From Candidatus Poribacteria bacterium (lineage in GTDB: Bacteria; Poribacteria; WGA-4E; WGA-3G): a stretch of 64,000 nt of DNA. Location: assembly GCA_964291315.2 (NCBI GenBank), contig OZ219753.1:224001-288000 (forward strand), given 5' to 3'. Positions 1 to 9,871 of this stretch are shown one piece after another. The notes beneath the pieces are model-generated. The model worked only from the letters and a program-made list of their open reading frames with translations, searched no databases and was not told the origin of the DNA. The number at the start of each line of letters is the position of its first letter. Positions within the stretch are counted from its first letter, which is position 1. The position numbers were made by a program, and so were the translations under genes.

Positions 1-9
1 GCCTTTGAA

Positions 10-816
10 CTACCACTGCACTTGGCAGAATTCTTCGTAGTTGATCAGTTCGTGGATTGTGGGATTTTCACCGCACATCGGGCAACTGTCATCCTGACGG
101 AGTTTCAGTCGTTTAAAATCCATCGTGAGTGCGTTGAAAAGCAGAAGGTTTCCGATTAACGGTTTGCCGATGTCTAGTAGCATTTTGATCGCTTCAACGG
201 CTTGAATCGTTCCAATAATACCGGGTAACACTCCAAGGACACCCGCTTCTTGGCAGCTGGGAACCATTCCGGGGGGCGGTGGTTCCGGATAGAGGCATCG
301 GTAACAGGGGCCTTTGCCCGGGTAGAGGACGGTAACTTGTCCCTCAAACTGGAAGATGCTTCCATGGACAATTGGTTTACCTAACATAACGGATGCGTCA
401 TTGAGAAGATAGCGTGTTGGTAAATTATCGCACCCGTCCACAATCAAGTCGTACTGCTCCAGAATTCGGAAAGCATTTTCCGAGGTGATGCGTTCATTGT
501 AAGGGATCACTTTGACATCCGGATTCATCTCTGTGATAGTAGCTGCTGCCGACTCAGTTTTGGGAGCACCTATGTCGTTGGTGCCGTGCAAAATTTGACG
601 TTGTAAGTTGCTAAGGTCAACCTTATCATCATCAATGATGCCGAGTGTACCGACCCCTGCAGCAGCGAGATAAACCCCGACAGGAGAACCGAGTCCGCCC
701 GCACCGATGAGCAGCACCTTCGATTCGAGGAGGCGCGTCTGGCCCATCCCGCCGACTTCTTTGAGGATAATATGCCGGCTGTAGCGTTCAATCTGTTCGT
801 TGCTGAAATTAAACAT
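10..816 (-). CDS. moeB: MoeB/ThiF-family adenylyltransferase (sulfur-carrier activating enzyme)
   Basis: RYSRHI N-terminus, IGAGGLGSP nucleotide-binding motif, SNLQRQ, CYRC and CPMC Zn motifs. Confidence 0.9.
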   Translation of the reverse strand: MFNFSNEQIERYSRHIILKEVGGMGQTRLLESKVLLIGAGGLGSPVGVYLAAAGVGTLGIIDDDKVDLSNLQRQILHGTNDIGAPKTESAAATITEMNPDVKVIPYNERITSENAFRILEQYDLIVDGCDNLPTRYLLNDASVMLGKPIVHGSIFQFEGQVTVLYPGKGPCYRCLYPEPPPPGMVPSCQEAGVLGVLPGIIGTIQAVEAIKMLLDIGKPLIGNLLLFNALTMDFKRLKLRQDDSCPMCGENPTIHELINYEEFCQVQW

Positions 817-822
817 CTAATC

Positions 823-1401
823 TTACCCTCCGAGATTAGCGAGGAGCTCTGAAATCGGTTTATTTGAATTCGCGGAAATCCGTAAAGCAAAACGTTCACG
901 CGGATCTTTGGACGTACGATCCACCGTGAAGTCGTCTCTGCCATACATCTGTTCGAGAATAGGTGTGAGTTCTGCTTGAATAGCAGCTGCCGTTTCGGGA
1001 GTATTCGGGGCGATGTGGCGATTGTTTATCATAAGTAAGAGATCTGCCCCGTTGAAATGCACTGCGCCTTCCAATTCTGCTGCTGCTTCAAGCAGATTAC
1101 ATTTGGAGAGCACTTCCGCGAGTGCTTGACGAAGTTTTTCAGCGTTATTTCCTTCGACTGTGTGTTTCCGGTTGTAAAGGAATCCAGGTTGATGATAAGC
1201 ACTGTCAATGCTGTAGTTGGCCTGTTTCAAAATCAACAAGACACCCGGCCCCGCATCAACATGTGAATAGTCAGCGTAGTTCAGATAATCGTCCGAATCA
1301 GCTTCCTCCATCCATCGGTTAAATACCTTGATGAAGTTCGTGTAATTGATTTCGCTATCTTCGGTTGTAAAAACTTTGACGTTAATTTGTTGTAGATCCA
1401 T
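823..1401 (-). CDS. Conserved-looking hypothetical protein, co-oriented with moeB
   Basis: 192-aa ORF ending 6 nt upstream of the moeB start; ADYSHVDAGPGVLL motif. Confidence 0.7.
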   Translation of the reverse strand: MDLQQINVKVFTTEDSEINYTNFIKVFNRWMEEADSDDYLNYADYSHVDAGPGVLLILKQANYSIDSAYHQPGFLYNRKHTVEGNNAEKLRQALAEVLSKCNLLEAAAELEGAVHFNGADLLLMINNRHIAPNTPETAAAIQAELTPILEQMYGRDDFTVDRTSKDPRERFALRISANSNKPISELLANLGG

Positions 1402-1448
1402 TCTGTTAAAAAACTTCCTATAAATCTAATCCCCAACGGGGCTTTCTT

Positions 1449-1484
1449 GTAGAAGCAGGCTTCGCCTGCAAATTTTGGTTCTAC
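1449..1484. repeat. GTAG-type REP-like palindrome
   Basis: GTAGAA...TTCTAC outer arms enclosing the hairpin GCAGGC-TTC-GCCTGC. Confidence 0.4.
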
Positions 1485-1806
1485 TGCTTTAGAATTACTA
1501 GCACACTTCCTGCCTGTACATACGCCTGCTGTATTCGCTATCTGTCTTTATTATACTGCAAGTTGATGTGAAAGTCAATTCACATTTTCCCTGACCAGCT
1601 GATAAGAGTTGATCACAATCGGGTTCGGCTATTTACAGAACCGCATAAATACTATAACGTGGGTTTGATAATATTTGGCTTATTTTTCAATAAAGAGAAA
1701 CCTTTTGATATGAGGAAGTAAAACTGTTAATGTGGTTGCATTGATTCCGAAAAAAAATACGAAACGGTGATTGTTAAACGCCCCCAAGGTTTTGTATAAG
1801 TAAGAC

Positions 1807-2109
1807 TTATTTCTTACCTTGGATAGCTCTTGAAAGTCCCTGAATTCTATTGAGCGTGAAAATCCACAAAATTTTTTGCCTAAAAATCATCATAAAACTG
1901 AGTAAGAGAAGTCCTATGACGATTGTGCCAGGGGCTCCATCGTATTCTTGTCCACTATGGGGCCGAATCAGTAACATTGTAACTAGCAACGCCACTATTA
2001 ATGGTATAATAAATTGCTTTGCAAAAATCTGTTCCCTATCCATGATGCGGTATTTCCCATCGTAAAAAGGCGATTGATCGCCTATACCTAGTTTTGGCAT
2101 AAGCGACAA
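1807..2109 (-). CDS. Small membrane protein (2 TM); start uncertain, possibly ATG at 2043
   Basis: Two hydrophobic stretches (FIIPLIVALLVTMLLI; TIVIGLLLLSFMMIF), co-oriented with flanking genes. Confidence 0.45.
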   Translation of the reverse strand: MSLMPKLGIGDQSPFYDGKYRIMDREQIFAKQFIIPLIVALLVTMLLIRPHSGQEYDGAPGTIVIGLLLLSFMMIFRQKILWIFTLNRIQGLSRAIQGKK

Positions 2110-2156
2110 TCGCCGGCAACGTAACGTTCAATAAGATGACCCCCAGATATCAAAGC

Positions 2157-4601
2157 TTATTCACACTTCCTGATGGTAAGCCTGTAGTGTTGGCCAACTT
2201 TTTTAGTGTCAACAATTTCATGTCCATCGCTGGTAAGACTTTTCGGCACGTTTTCAATAGGTTCACCGTCGTCAATGGTAATTTCAAGGAGCTGGCCGAG
2301 GTCCATCGTTTCCAATCGGATTTTTGCTTGAACATAGTTGAACGGGCAAGCGACTCCTTTGAGATCGAGGCTATCCACGATTTCTTCGACAGGTTTCGTC
2401 TCTTTGACAATCCTTGGTTTCCGTGACGATCGCGATCGCCGTGTTTTGCGCCGGCTGGCTTCTTCTTCCTCTTGCTTGATACGCATGCGTCCATAGACGT
2501 TATGCGATTCTTCTACAAAGAGTGTTGCTTCTTCAACGCGGCGGTGCGCCAATTCGTTGTCAAACGTAGAGGCATTTTCCTCTGTTGCCTTGAAGAAATG
2601 TGCCCCATAACCCGGGAAGAAGTTACCCGGATCGAAAAAATGAGTGCGGAAGGCTTCGACGGTAGTAGCATCGTCAATATACTGTAAGCCCATTGTCGTC
2701 AGAAGCCCGTCTGCGGCTCTGATCATCGCATCAAAAGCCAGCTCCGCGGAGGCTTGATATTCCCCTCTTTCCAAGTTCAATCCAGACTCATAAATGAGCC
2801 GATCTGCTTCTTCCAGCTTGAAGGAGACGAGTGCCACTAACTGTCCTGCGCATTCTCCAACCCCTGTTTTGAGTTGGAATTCTTTCGTATCCCCGGTATC
2901 TACGTAGTATTCTGGTGCTTCCTCGTAAGAAGGAATCTTGTCGTATTTAGACAAAATCTGCTTTATTTCTGCTTTGCCGAGGCGGGCGATGTAGTCGGTC
3001 AAAGCTTCTTCAACGTGCCGTTCAGCAGTATATTTTCCAGTCAACTCTTCGATAAACGCCGGAATGTATTTCCCGTGGATTTTTCCATTGGCGAGCCCGT
3101 AGGAACTAGCGTTCTCAATCATGTGTCCACCGAGCAGTACCTGATAGTAGGGCGCGATATGTTCACCCATTCGACGCGATGAACCAAAGAAACCAATGTT
3201 CGCTATATGATGCTGTCCACAGGAATTAGGACACCCGCTGATTTTAATCCGGAACCCCTTGATTTCATCCTGTACTCCAGTTTCAAGGAAATGGCCCCGC
3301 AGATGTGCTGCCAACCCTCGCGAGGAAGACACACCGAGTTTGCAAGAATCTGTACCCGGGCAGGCAGTAATATCAACCATGGATTCTGCTCCCGCGTCCC
3401 CTAAACCGATTTCCTTTAGTTCCCGATAGAGTGCGGGCAGGTCCATCATCGTTACCCAGCGTAGAACGATATTCTGTTCGACGGTAGCGCGGATAGTGTC
3501 TTTCACGTATTTTCGAGATATGTCTGCTAAAGCGCGCGTCTGATCCGCGGTAATATCACCTAGCGGCAGTGCTACCGTTACAAAGGCGTAGCCGGGCTGC
3601 TTCTGCAACCGCACATTGGATTGATACCACTCTTCAAACCCATCAGGTTTTGTGGCCCCGTTAAGCTGTGTCGGTGCTTTGAGCGGGCTCTCTTTGTAAG
3701 CATCCAGATTATCCAGATATTCTGTCCATACAGGATCGTGCCGCAGTGTTGCCCGGTCTTCAAGTACCTGTCTGCGGAATTCCTCAATACCGTATTTAGC
3801 AATGACGAACTTCAAACGTGCTTTGTTCCTATTTTTACGTTCGCCTAAACGCGTGAAGACTCTGGCGATCGACTGTGAAATGGGAAGAAGTTCTTCTGCC
3901 GGAATGAACTCGTCAAACACCTTCGCCTGATGGGGGACAGCCCCGAGACCACCACCGACGTAAAGCTTGAAGCCGCGTTTGACTTTACCGTCGACCTCTT
4001 TGACTGCGGCAACTGCACCGATATCGTGCATATTTGCCAACCCACACGCATGCTCCTCACATCCGGAGAACGCAATTTTGAACTTACGTCCGAAATCTTG
4101 GGCATCCGGGTGTCCTAAAAGGAACGAAGACAGAGCCTTAGAGTACGGCGTTACATCAAACGTTTCATCTTCACACACGCCGCTGATAGGGCACGCTGTG
4201 ACATTTCGCACAACATTACCGCATGCTTCCTTTGTTGTAATGCCGACACTGGCGAGGCGGCGCATCAGCTCCGGGGTGTTATTAATATCTACATAGTGGT
4301 ATTGCACATCTTGACGGGTGGTAATATGGATGATATTATCGGAAAATTCTTCGGCAACATCCGCTAACATTTCGAGTTGGGTTGCTGTGAGTCCACCGAA
4401 AGGGATTCTGACACGGATCATTTGAGATCGGTCATCGCGTTGGCCGTAAACCCCGTGACGAAGTCTAAATTCGGTAAAGAGAGTTTCTTCCACTTGGCCG
4501 GCTTGTACGCGACCGAGTTGAATTTCGTAAATTTCAATGGCGCGGGCAACATCAAGCGGAATTGCCGATGCATCGTAGGGTCCCACGTATTCAATAGCCA
4601 T
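2157..4601 (-). CDS. Siroheme nitrite/sulfite reductase with helical (HEPN-like) region and C-terminal TusA/SirA sulfur-carrier domain
   Basis: GVYGQR, TTRQDVQ, ACPGTDSC and SGCPNSCGQH siroheme/4Fe-4S motifs; C-terminal LDLKGVACPFNYV TusA motif. Confidence 0.88.
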   Translation of the reverse strand: MAIEYVGPYDASAIPLDVARAIEIYEIQLGRVQAGQVEETLFTEFRLRHGVYGQRDDRSQMIRVRIPFGGLTATQLEMLADVAEEFSDNIIHITTRQDVQYHYVDINNTPELMRRLASVGITTKEACGNVVRNVTACPISGVCEDETFDVTPYSKALSSFLLGHPDAQDFGRKFKIAFSGCEEHACGLANMHDIGAVAAVKEVDGKVKRGFKLYVGGGLGAVPHQAKVFDEFIPAEELLPISQSIARVFTRLGERKNRNKARLKFVIAKYGIEEFRRQVLEDRATLRHDPVWTEYLDNLDAYKESPLKAPTQLNGATKPDGFEEWYQSNVRLQKQPGYAFVTVALPLGDITADQTRALADISRKYVKDTIRATVEQNIVLRWVTMMDLPALYRELKEIGLGDAGAESMVDITACPGTDSCKLGVSSSRGLAAHLRGHFLETGVQDEIKGFRIKISGCPNSCGQHHIANIGFFGSSRRMGEHIAPYYQVLLGGHMIENASSYGLANGKIHGKYIPAFIEELTGKYTAERHVEEALTDYIARLGKAEIKQILSKYDKIPSYEEAPEYYVDTGDTKEFQLKTGVGECAGQLVALVSFKLEEADRLIYESGLNLERGEYQASAELAFDAMIRAADGLLTTMGLQYIDDATTVEAFRTHFFDPGNFFPGYGAHFFKATEENASTFDNELAHRRVEEATLFVEESHNVYGRMRIKQEEEEASRRKTRRSRSSRKPRIVKETKPVEEIVDSLDLKGVACPFNYVQAKIRLETMDLGQLLEITIDDGEPIENVPKSLTSDGHEIVDTKKVGQHYRLTIRKCE

Positions 4602-4776
4602 TCTGTACTCCTTATTAATAACTTCAGATTCGTAGTGTGCGTCAATTAATGTCCTGTTGCTTTCTATTTAGATGAAAATTGCGAACCCATGTTGCGCACA
4701 ATATCTCCGAGCCGAAACCTTTTAAATAAAATAGTATACCATAGTGAGAACTAAAAAGCAAGCTCGATCTTCTGTT

Positions 4777-5871
4777 TTAATTTTTTGGGGCATTGCCCCA
4801 ATCTGGAACTGGCAATAATTCTCCATCCCTTAGAGCGGATTGGTGTGCGATAAGTCCGGGGGCACAGTACCGAACCGCTTCCCAGACATTCACGCGCGGC
4901 AAGCGTTGACGATTGACAGCATCCACAAACTCGTGTACAAGATAGGCATGGGAACCTCCGTGCCCACCCAGATCCTCCATGAGTGGTTTAGGAAGGTATT
5001 CGTGCAATCTTGAGGGCTGAACACTCTCTCGTCCACGTTTATCTGCCCAGACGCTTCCCGCGAGACTCTGTTCGTAACTCCCTTCTGTTCCATAAATACC
5101 GCTGACGCGTTCGGACCCGGGATGTCCAACTCGCCGGAATTCACAAATTTGCATTGTTGCTCCATTGCTCATCTTGAAAAGTCCGACTTCATTAGAGAAG
5201 GGATTTTTGTGAATAGTGTCTTCTCGGAACCAATCGTCGTTTGGATAGATATACCCTTGCGCTGATACCGATGTTGTGTGTGCTTTCATAACGGAAATCG
5301 GGAAACAGGTTGAATGTGTAGGATAGTGCATCGGAACGCTTCCAGTCTTGTCTCGACTCCATTGGAGGCCCCAACGATTTTTCGCCACGTCGTAGAGCCC
5401 ATGGCTCATATCATGAAAGTATTCAGCGCGGCAGTGAACGAACTCTCCAAACGCCCCTTCTGCCGCCTTCTGTCGACAGAAGACCGCCTCCGGACGGAAA
5501 TAACTTGTCTCTCCATTCATATAGATCATCCCTGTTCGTTCGACCGTTCTGACAAGTGCTTCGCATTCATCTAAGGATGCCGCGGCAGGAACAGCAGTAT
5601 AGGTGTGCTTTCCCGACTCCATCGCTTGAATTGCTTGTGGCGCGTGCATCCAATGCTGGGTGATAATTACGAGTGCGTCTAAGTCCGATTTGCAGATATC
5701 GTCAAGACTGGAATACGTTTCAGCAATCTCAAACTGCTTGGCTCGCTTCGACAATCTATCTGACCGCAAATCACATAGAGCTAGTCGGTTCACATCAGGG
5801 TGCGACTTATATAATTGGATAAACGACGGTCCAAACATCCCTAAACCTACTATCCCGATGCTAATACTCAT
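4777..5871 (-). CDS. Gfo/Idh/MocA-family oxidoreductase
   Basis: IGIVGLGMFG Rossmann motif, MHYPTH, GGHGGSH. Confidence 0.85.
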   Translation of the reverse strand: MSISIGIVGLGMFGPSFIQLYKSHPDVNRLALCDLRSDRLSKRAKQFEIAETYSSLDDICKSDLDALVIITQHWMHAPQAIQAMESGKHTYTAVPAAASLDECEALVRTVERTGMIYMNGETSYFRPEAVFCRQKAAEGAFGEFVHCRAEYFHDMSHGLYDVAKNRWGLQWSRDKTGSVPMHYPTHSTCFPISVMKAHTTSVSAQGYIYPNDDWFREDTIHKNPFSNEVGLFKMSNGATMQICEFRRVGHPGSERVSGIYGTEGSYEQSLAGSVWADKRGRESVQPSRLHEYLPKPLMEDLGGHGGSHAYLVHEFVDAVNRQRLPRVNVWEAVRYCAPGLIAHQSALRDGELLPVPDWGNAPKN

Positions 5872-5905
5872 CTATCCTTCCTCCTCTAAGTACTGTTTCT
5901 ATCAG

Positions 5906-5934
5906 AAAATAGCATGTATCAAGAATACTGTCAA
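5906..5934 (-). promoter_or_regulatory. sigma70-like promoter for 4777..5871
   Basis: TTGACA-17 bp-TATTTT on the minus strand. Confidence 0.6.
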
Positions 5935-5955
5935 ATACTTTTTCAAAGATATCTA

Positions 5956-5983
5956 TTGACAAAACTGCCGATGTGCTTATAAT
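5956..5983 (+). promoter_or_regulatory. sigma70-like promoter for the 6089..8901 operon
   Basis: TTGACA-16 bp-TATAAT, consensus hexamers. Confidence 0.7.
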
Positions 5984-6088
5984 TGAGACATAAAATCTGC
6001 TGCTGCACACTTTTTGCAATCGGACATCCAGATTGTGAATTCTCGGTTAAAGCAAGATTAAACTGTACCTATTGAAAGGAATAACAAA

Positions 6089-7168
6089 ATGGCACTAAAA
6101 GTTGGCGTTGTCGGTATGAGCGGCATAGGGAATAACCATGCGAATTGCCACGCGAATGACAATTTAGCGGAGCTGGTCGCGGTGTGTGATATTGTGAAAA
6201 CGCGCGCGGACAGCGCTGCAGAACGTCTCGGCGTAAAGGCATACTATAGTATAGCAGACATGATTGATGGTGAACCGGATTTAGATATCGTTGATGTTGG
6301 CACCGGTGGTAACGAGAACGGGAGTTGGCACTACGAGCCTACCATGGAGGCCTTGGAAAATGGGAAGCATGTACTCGTCGAGAAACCGATTTCTAACGAC
6401 ATCGGACAAGCACGGGAAATGGTAGCAAAAGCCGCGGAGGAAGACCTCTACTTGGGTTGCAACCTGAATCATTATTTTACCCCACCTGCAGAGCAGGCGA
6501 AAAAATATATCGATGGTGGACACATCGGCGAGATGGTATATTGTCTTCATAAAATGGGATTTGCGGGGGGTGAATTCAACTATAGTTACTCAAAAGCACC
6601 GCGTTCTGACGGGTTTCCCTATTTTCATGTGAAAGCCTTCTTATCACATCCATTCAGTGTGATGCGCCATTTCTGCGGCGATGTGACGCATGTGCAGTCT
6701 TTTATGGAACGTCCGCATTTTAGACGCTGTGCGGGAGATCTGATGGTTTCTATTAACAGCATTCATCTCCGATTCGAGAACGGATGTGTAGGCTACCTTC
6801 TGAGCCAACGCGGCGACGCTACTTTTGGTCTCGGAGGTTGGTGGAGCGTTGAACTCGCCGGCACGCGCGGCACATTCTGCATCGAGAACTGCATCGAGAA
6901 GGTAACGTATTGGCCTTCCCCTGGTGCTCCCGACTTTTCAGGTGAACCTATTGTTACCGAATCTGGCATCAGCGATTTCGGCCAGACATTTCCGTTGCGA
7001 ATTCATGCGTTCTTGGAGGACATTACAAGCGGTGTACCGAAAGAGAAACTGCGCGCTTCTGGCAGAGATGCGCTCGCAGCACTTGAATATACGTGGGCAG
7101 CGATGGAGTCCTATGAGCAGGGCGGTATTTTAGTGCGTCCGCATCCGCTTCCACCCCTAAAAGGTTAA
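6089..7168 (+). CDS. Gfo/Idh/MocA-family oxidoreductase
   Basis: VGVVGMSGIG, GKHVLVEKP motif; RBS AAAGGA. Confidence 0.88.
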   Translation: MALKVGVVGMSGIGNNHANCHANDNLAELVAVCDIVKTRADSAAERLGVKAYYSIADMIDGEPDLDIVDVGTGGNENGSWHYEPTMEALENGKHVLVEKPISNDIGQAREMVAKAAEEDLYLGCNLNHYFTPPAEQAKKYIDGGHIGEMVYCLHKMGFAGGEFNYSYSKAPRSDGFPYFHVKAFLSHPFSVMRHFCGDVTHVQSFMERPHFRRCAGDLMVSINSIHLRFENGCVGYLLSQRGDATFGLGGWWSVELAGTRGTFCIENCIEKVTYWPSPGAPDFSGEPIVTESGISDFGQTFPLRIHAFLEDITSGVPKEKLRASGRDALAALEYTWAAMESYEQGGILVRPHPLPPLKG

Positions 7169-7215
7169 TCTATTAAATAGAACAAGGAACATCTACCTCT
7201 AAGGAGAAATCACAT

Positions 7216-8013
7216 TTGAAATTAGGAGCAAATTCAGTACTCTTCGGCGGTTATAACATGGAAACCGCCTTCAAACACATCGCTATGGCGGGTTACGATG
7301 GCATTGAACTCTCAGCGATTGATGGAATGAGTCAGCACCTTGTCCTTGCAAACTGGCCGGAACTCGCCGACGAAATCAAACGTCTCGCGAAATATTATGA
7401 ACTCGATTTGCTAGCGATGGAGCAGCCTTCACGCGATCCAGAACGAATGGAACTCGCGTTCCAAGCAGCAGCCGAGATAGGCATTCCGATCATTAACTGC
7501 GGTCCGGGGGGAGTGTCCGATGATGAATCTGCCTGGCCCGAGGTCGTTGATTCGTTGGGGAGCCTCTCAGCACGTGCAGAGCATTATGGGGTGATACTTT
7601 GCGTCAAAGCACATGTCGGTGCTAGCATCTATAATACACCAACGACTCTTCGTATAATGGAGGCGATTTCATCTCCAGCCTTTGGTATCGACATGGATCC
7701 GTCGCATATCTATCGGGCAAATGAAAATCCTGTTGAGGCGATCGCCGCCGTGATCCCGCGCGTCAAACATGTGCATATTCGAGATTGCCAAGGAACACAG
7801 CGCGGGCCTGGGGCCCCTGAATTACAAGCGAACGGACGGGGAAACATTGACTTAGTAGGGTATATCCGAGTTCTGCATGAGAATGGCTATACGGGGCCGT
7901 TGAACCTGGAGGTGATCGGCGCAAAGGAATACACCTTGGAACAGTGTTGCACGATTGCTGCGGAGTCGCGCGGGCACATGCAGGCATGTTTGCAGGCATG
8001 TGGTGCCCGTTAG
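7216..8013 (+). CDS. Sugar phosphate isomerase/epimerase (xylose isomerase-like TIM barrel)
   Basis: GYDGIEL, DMDPSH, HVHIRD, GYTGPLNLE motifs; TTG start after AAGGAG. Confidence 0.85.
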   Translation: MKLGANSVLFGGYNMETAFKHIAMAGYDGIELSAIDGMSQHLVLANWPELADEIKRLAKYYELDLLAMEQPSRDPERMELAFQAAAEIGIPIINCGPGGVSDDESAWPEVVDSLGSLSARAEHYGVILCVKAHVGASIYNTPTTLRIMEAISSPAFGIDMDPSHIYRANENPVEAIAAVIPRVKHVHIRDCQGTQRGPGAPELQANGRGNIDLVGYIRVLHENGYTGPLNLEVIGAKEYTLEQCCTIAAESRGHMQACLQACGAR

Positions 8014-8064
8014 TCAAGATATAGAACGTACTCTAGTCTATAGTGTTGAGAGGAAAGGGTTATT

Positions 8065-8901
8065 ATGAGATTAGAAGGGAAAGTTGCGATTATCGCAGGT
8101 GCTGCATGGGGTGGTATCGGCGCGGCGACCGCTTACAGATTTGCCTGTGAAGGGGCAAAATTGGTTGTCAACACGCGCCGACGCGAAGAAAAACTTGCTG
8201 AAACTGTGCAGCGTATCCGAGAGGCCGGCGGACAAGCTGCAGCTGTTATGGGCGATGTCGCAGACGAAACAACTTGGCAAAAACTCGTCGAAACAGCTCT
8301 ATCAAGCTACGGTAAAATCACAACACTCGTTCATAACGCAGCACATTCCTACACAAAAAAAGCGATTGAGTTCACCCGCGAGGAATGGAACGAAAGTCTG
8401 GGCGTTACCCTCGGTGGGCCTTGGCTCGGTGCAAAGTATTGTATCCCAGAAATGATCCGGCATGGCGGTGGTGCTCTGGTGTTCGTTTCTACAGTCAACG
8501 CAACGATTACAAATCCGGGATTCGGACTTTACGGAGCCGGAAAAGGTGGTTTAAACGCCTTGACGCGGAGCATCGCACTTGATTACGGGAGAGAAGGCAT
8601 CCGCGCCAATGCGATTGCTCCTGGGCAGATTGTTGGAGAACGAGGTAGAGCCTCTCTTGCAAAGGATGAATTGGAGGAACGAGCCTCCCGCGATTGCTAT
8701 CCTATCGGACGCTATGGAAAACCTGAAGATATTGCTAATGCTGCACTTTTCCTTGCCTCCGATGAAGCTGACTTTGTTACCGGTATCGTATTGACTGCAG
8801 ACGGGGGCTTAACGCTTCAATCAGCAGAGGCACTCGTACGTCCCTCTTTCCGGCTCCGCTGGAGAGAGGACATTCTTGTTCCTCAATCTAAAACGTCATA
8901 G
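8065..8901 (+). CDS. SDR-family oxidoreductase
   Basis: AGAAWGGIG, HNAA, YGAGK catalytic motif, IRANAIAPG. Confidence 0.88.
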   Translation: MRLEGKVAIIAGAAWGGIGAATAYRFACEGAKLVVNTRRREEKLAETVQRIREAGGQAAAVMGDVADETTWQKLVETALSSYGKITTLVHNAAHSYTKKAIEFTREEWNESLGVTLGGPWLGAKYCIPEMIRHGGGALVFVSTVNATITNPGFGLYGAGKGGLNALTRSIALDYGREGIRANAIAPGQIVGERGRASLAKDELEERASRDCYPIGRYGKPEDIANAALFLASDEADFVTGIVLTADGGLTLQSAEALVRPSFRLRWREDILVPQSKTS

Positions 8902-8940
8902 ATAAAATTACTGGATTTTAGGCATCTTACCCGTTTCCAT

Positions 8941-8969
8941 TTGACAAGTTTGGATTTTTCTGATACATT
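8941..8969 (+). promoter_or_regulatory. sigma70-like promoter for the SRAP gene
   Basis: TTGACA-17 bp-TACATT with extended TG. Confidence 0.5.
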
Positions 8970-9087
8970 TATAATATGTAGGTTATGATTGATAAAACCG
9001 GTAGGCGCGCTTTGGGAACGCATCTTTCTATAAGCCCTACCTGCTAAACGGAAAAAAATCATATGCTTTGATTTTGAGGGGTAAAAA

Positions 9088-9795
9088 ATGTGTGGACGCT
9101 TTACGCTTGCAAGCGACGCTGAAACCTTACAGCAAGCTTTCTTCGACTTTGATGTGCCGATGAACCTGTCTCCTCGCTACAACATCTCACCAACACAAGA
9201 TGTCGCTGTTATTGCGAATACGGAGACACATTCAGAAGATGGACATGTAGAATTCTTCCATTGGGGACTTGTTCCATCTTGGGCGAAGGAGCCGCAGATC
9301 GGAAACCGGATGATTAACGCACGTTCGGAAACGTTGGCGGAAAAACCGTCCTTTCGGAGCGCTTACAAACGCAGGCGATGTCTCATCTTGTCGGATGGCT
9401 ACTACGAGTGGCAAAAAATCTCTGGAGACAGGATCAAACAACCTGTCTATATCCGTCTTAGATCGCAAAAACCGTTCGTGTTTGCAGGACTCTGGGAGGC
9501 GTGGCACTCGAAAGGCATGGACCAACCACTGTGCTCTTGCACTATCATTACTTGTCCATCAAATGATCTGTTGGAGGAAATCCACCACAGGATGCCAGTG
9601 ATTCTGCCCCGAGATGCTTATGCAGAATGGCTGGCACCAGATGAACGCTCAACCGATGCACTTCAACCACTCCTCATCCCTTATCCTGGTGAAGAGATGG
9701 AAACGTATCCGGTGTCAACTTTTGTCAACCGTCCGATGCATGACTCTCCGCAATGTATTGCACCTTTTGAGGCTAACAATCCATCACTGTTTTAA
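9088..9795 (+). CDS. SOS response-associated peptidase (SRAP, YedK/HMCES family abasic-site protein)
   Basis: N-terminal MCGRF, RYNISPTQ, WGLVPSW, INARSET, HHRMPVIL. Confidence 0.93.
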   Translation: MCGRFTLASDAETLQQAFFDFDVPMNLSPRYNISPTQDVAVIANTETHSEDGHVEFFHWGLVPSWAKEPQIGNRMINARSETLAEKPSFRSAYKRRRCLILSDGYYEWQKISGDRIKQPVYIRLRSQKPFVFAGLWEAWHSKGMDQPLCSCTIITCPSNDLLEEIHHRMPVILPRDAYAEWLAPDERSTDALQPLLIPYPGEEMETYPVSTFVNRPMHDSPQCIAPFEANNPSLF

Positions 9796-9871
9796 ATTTA
9801 AACAATGTTCCTGAGATCGGGTGATTTGGAGAACTGTAGGACAACTGGATACTCCAAATGGGAAGGGGATT

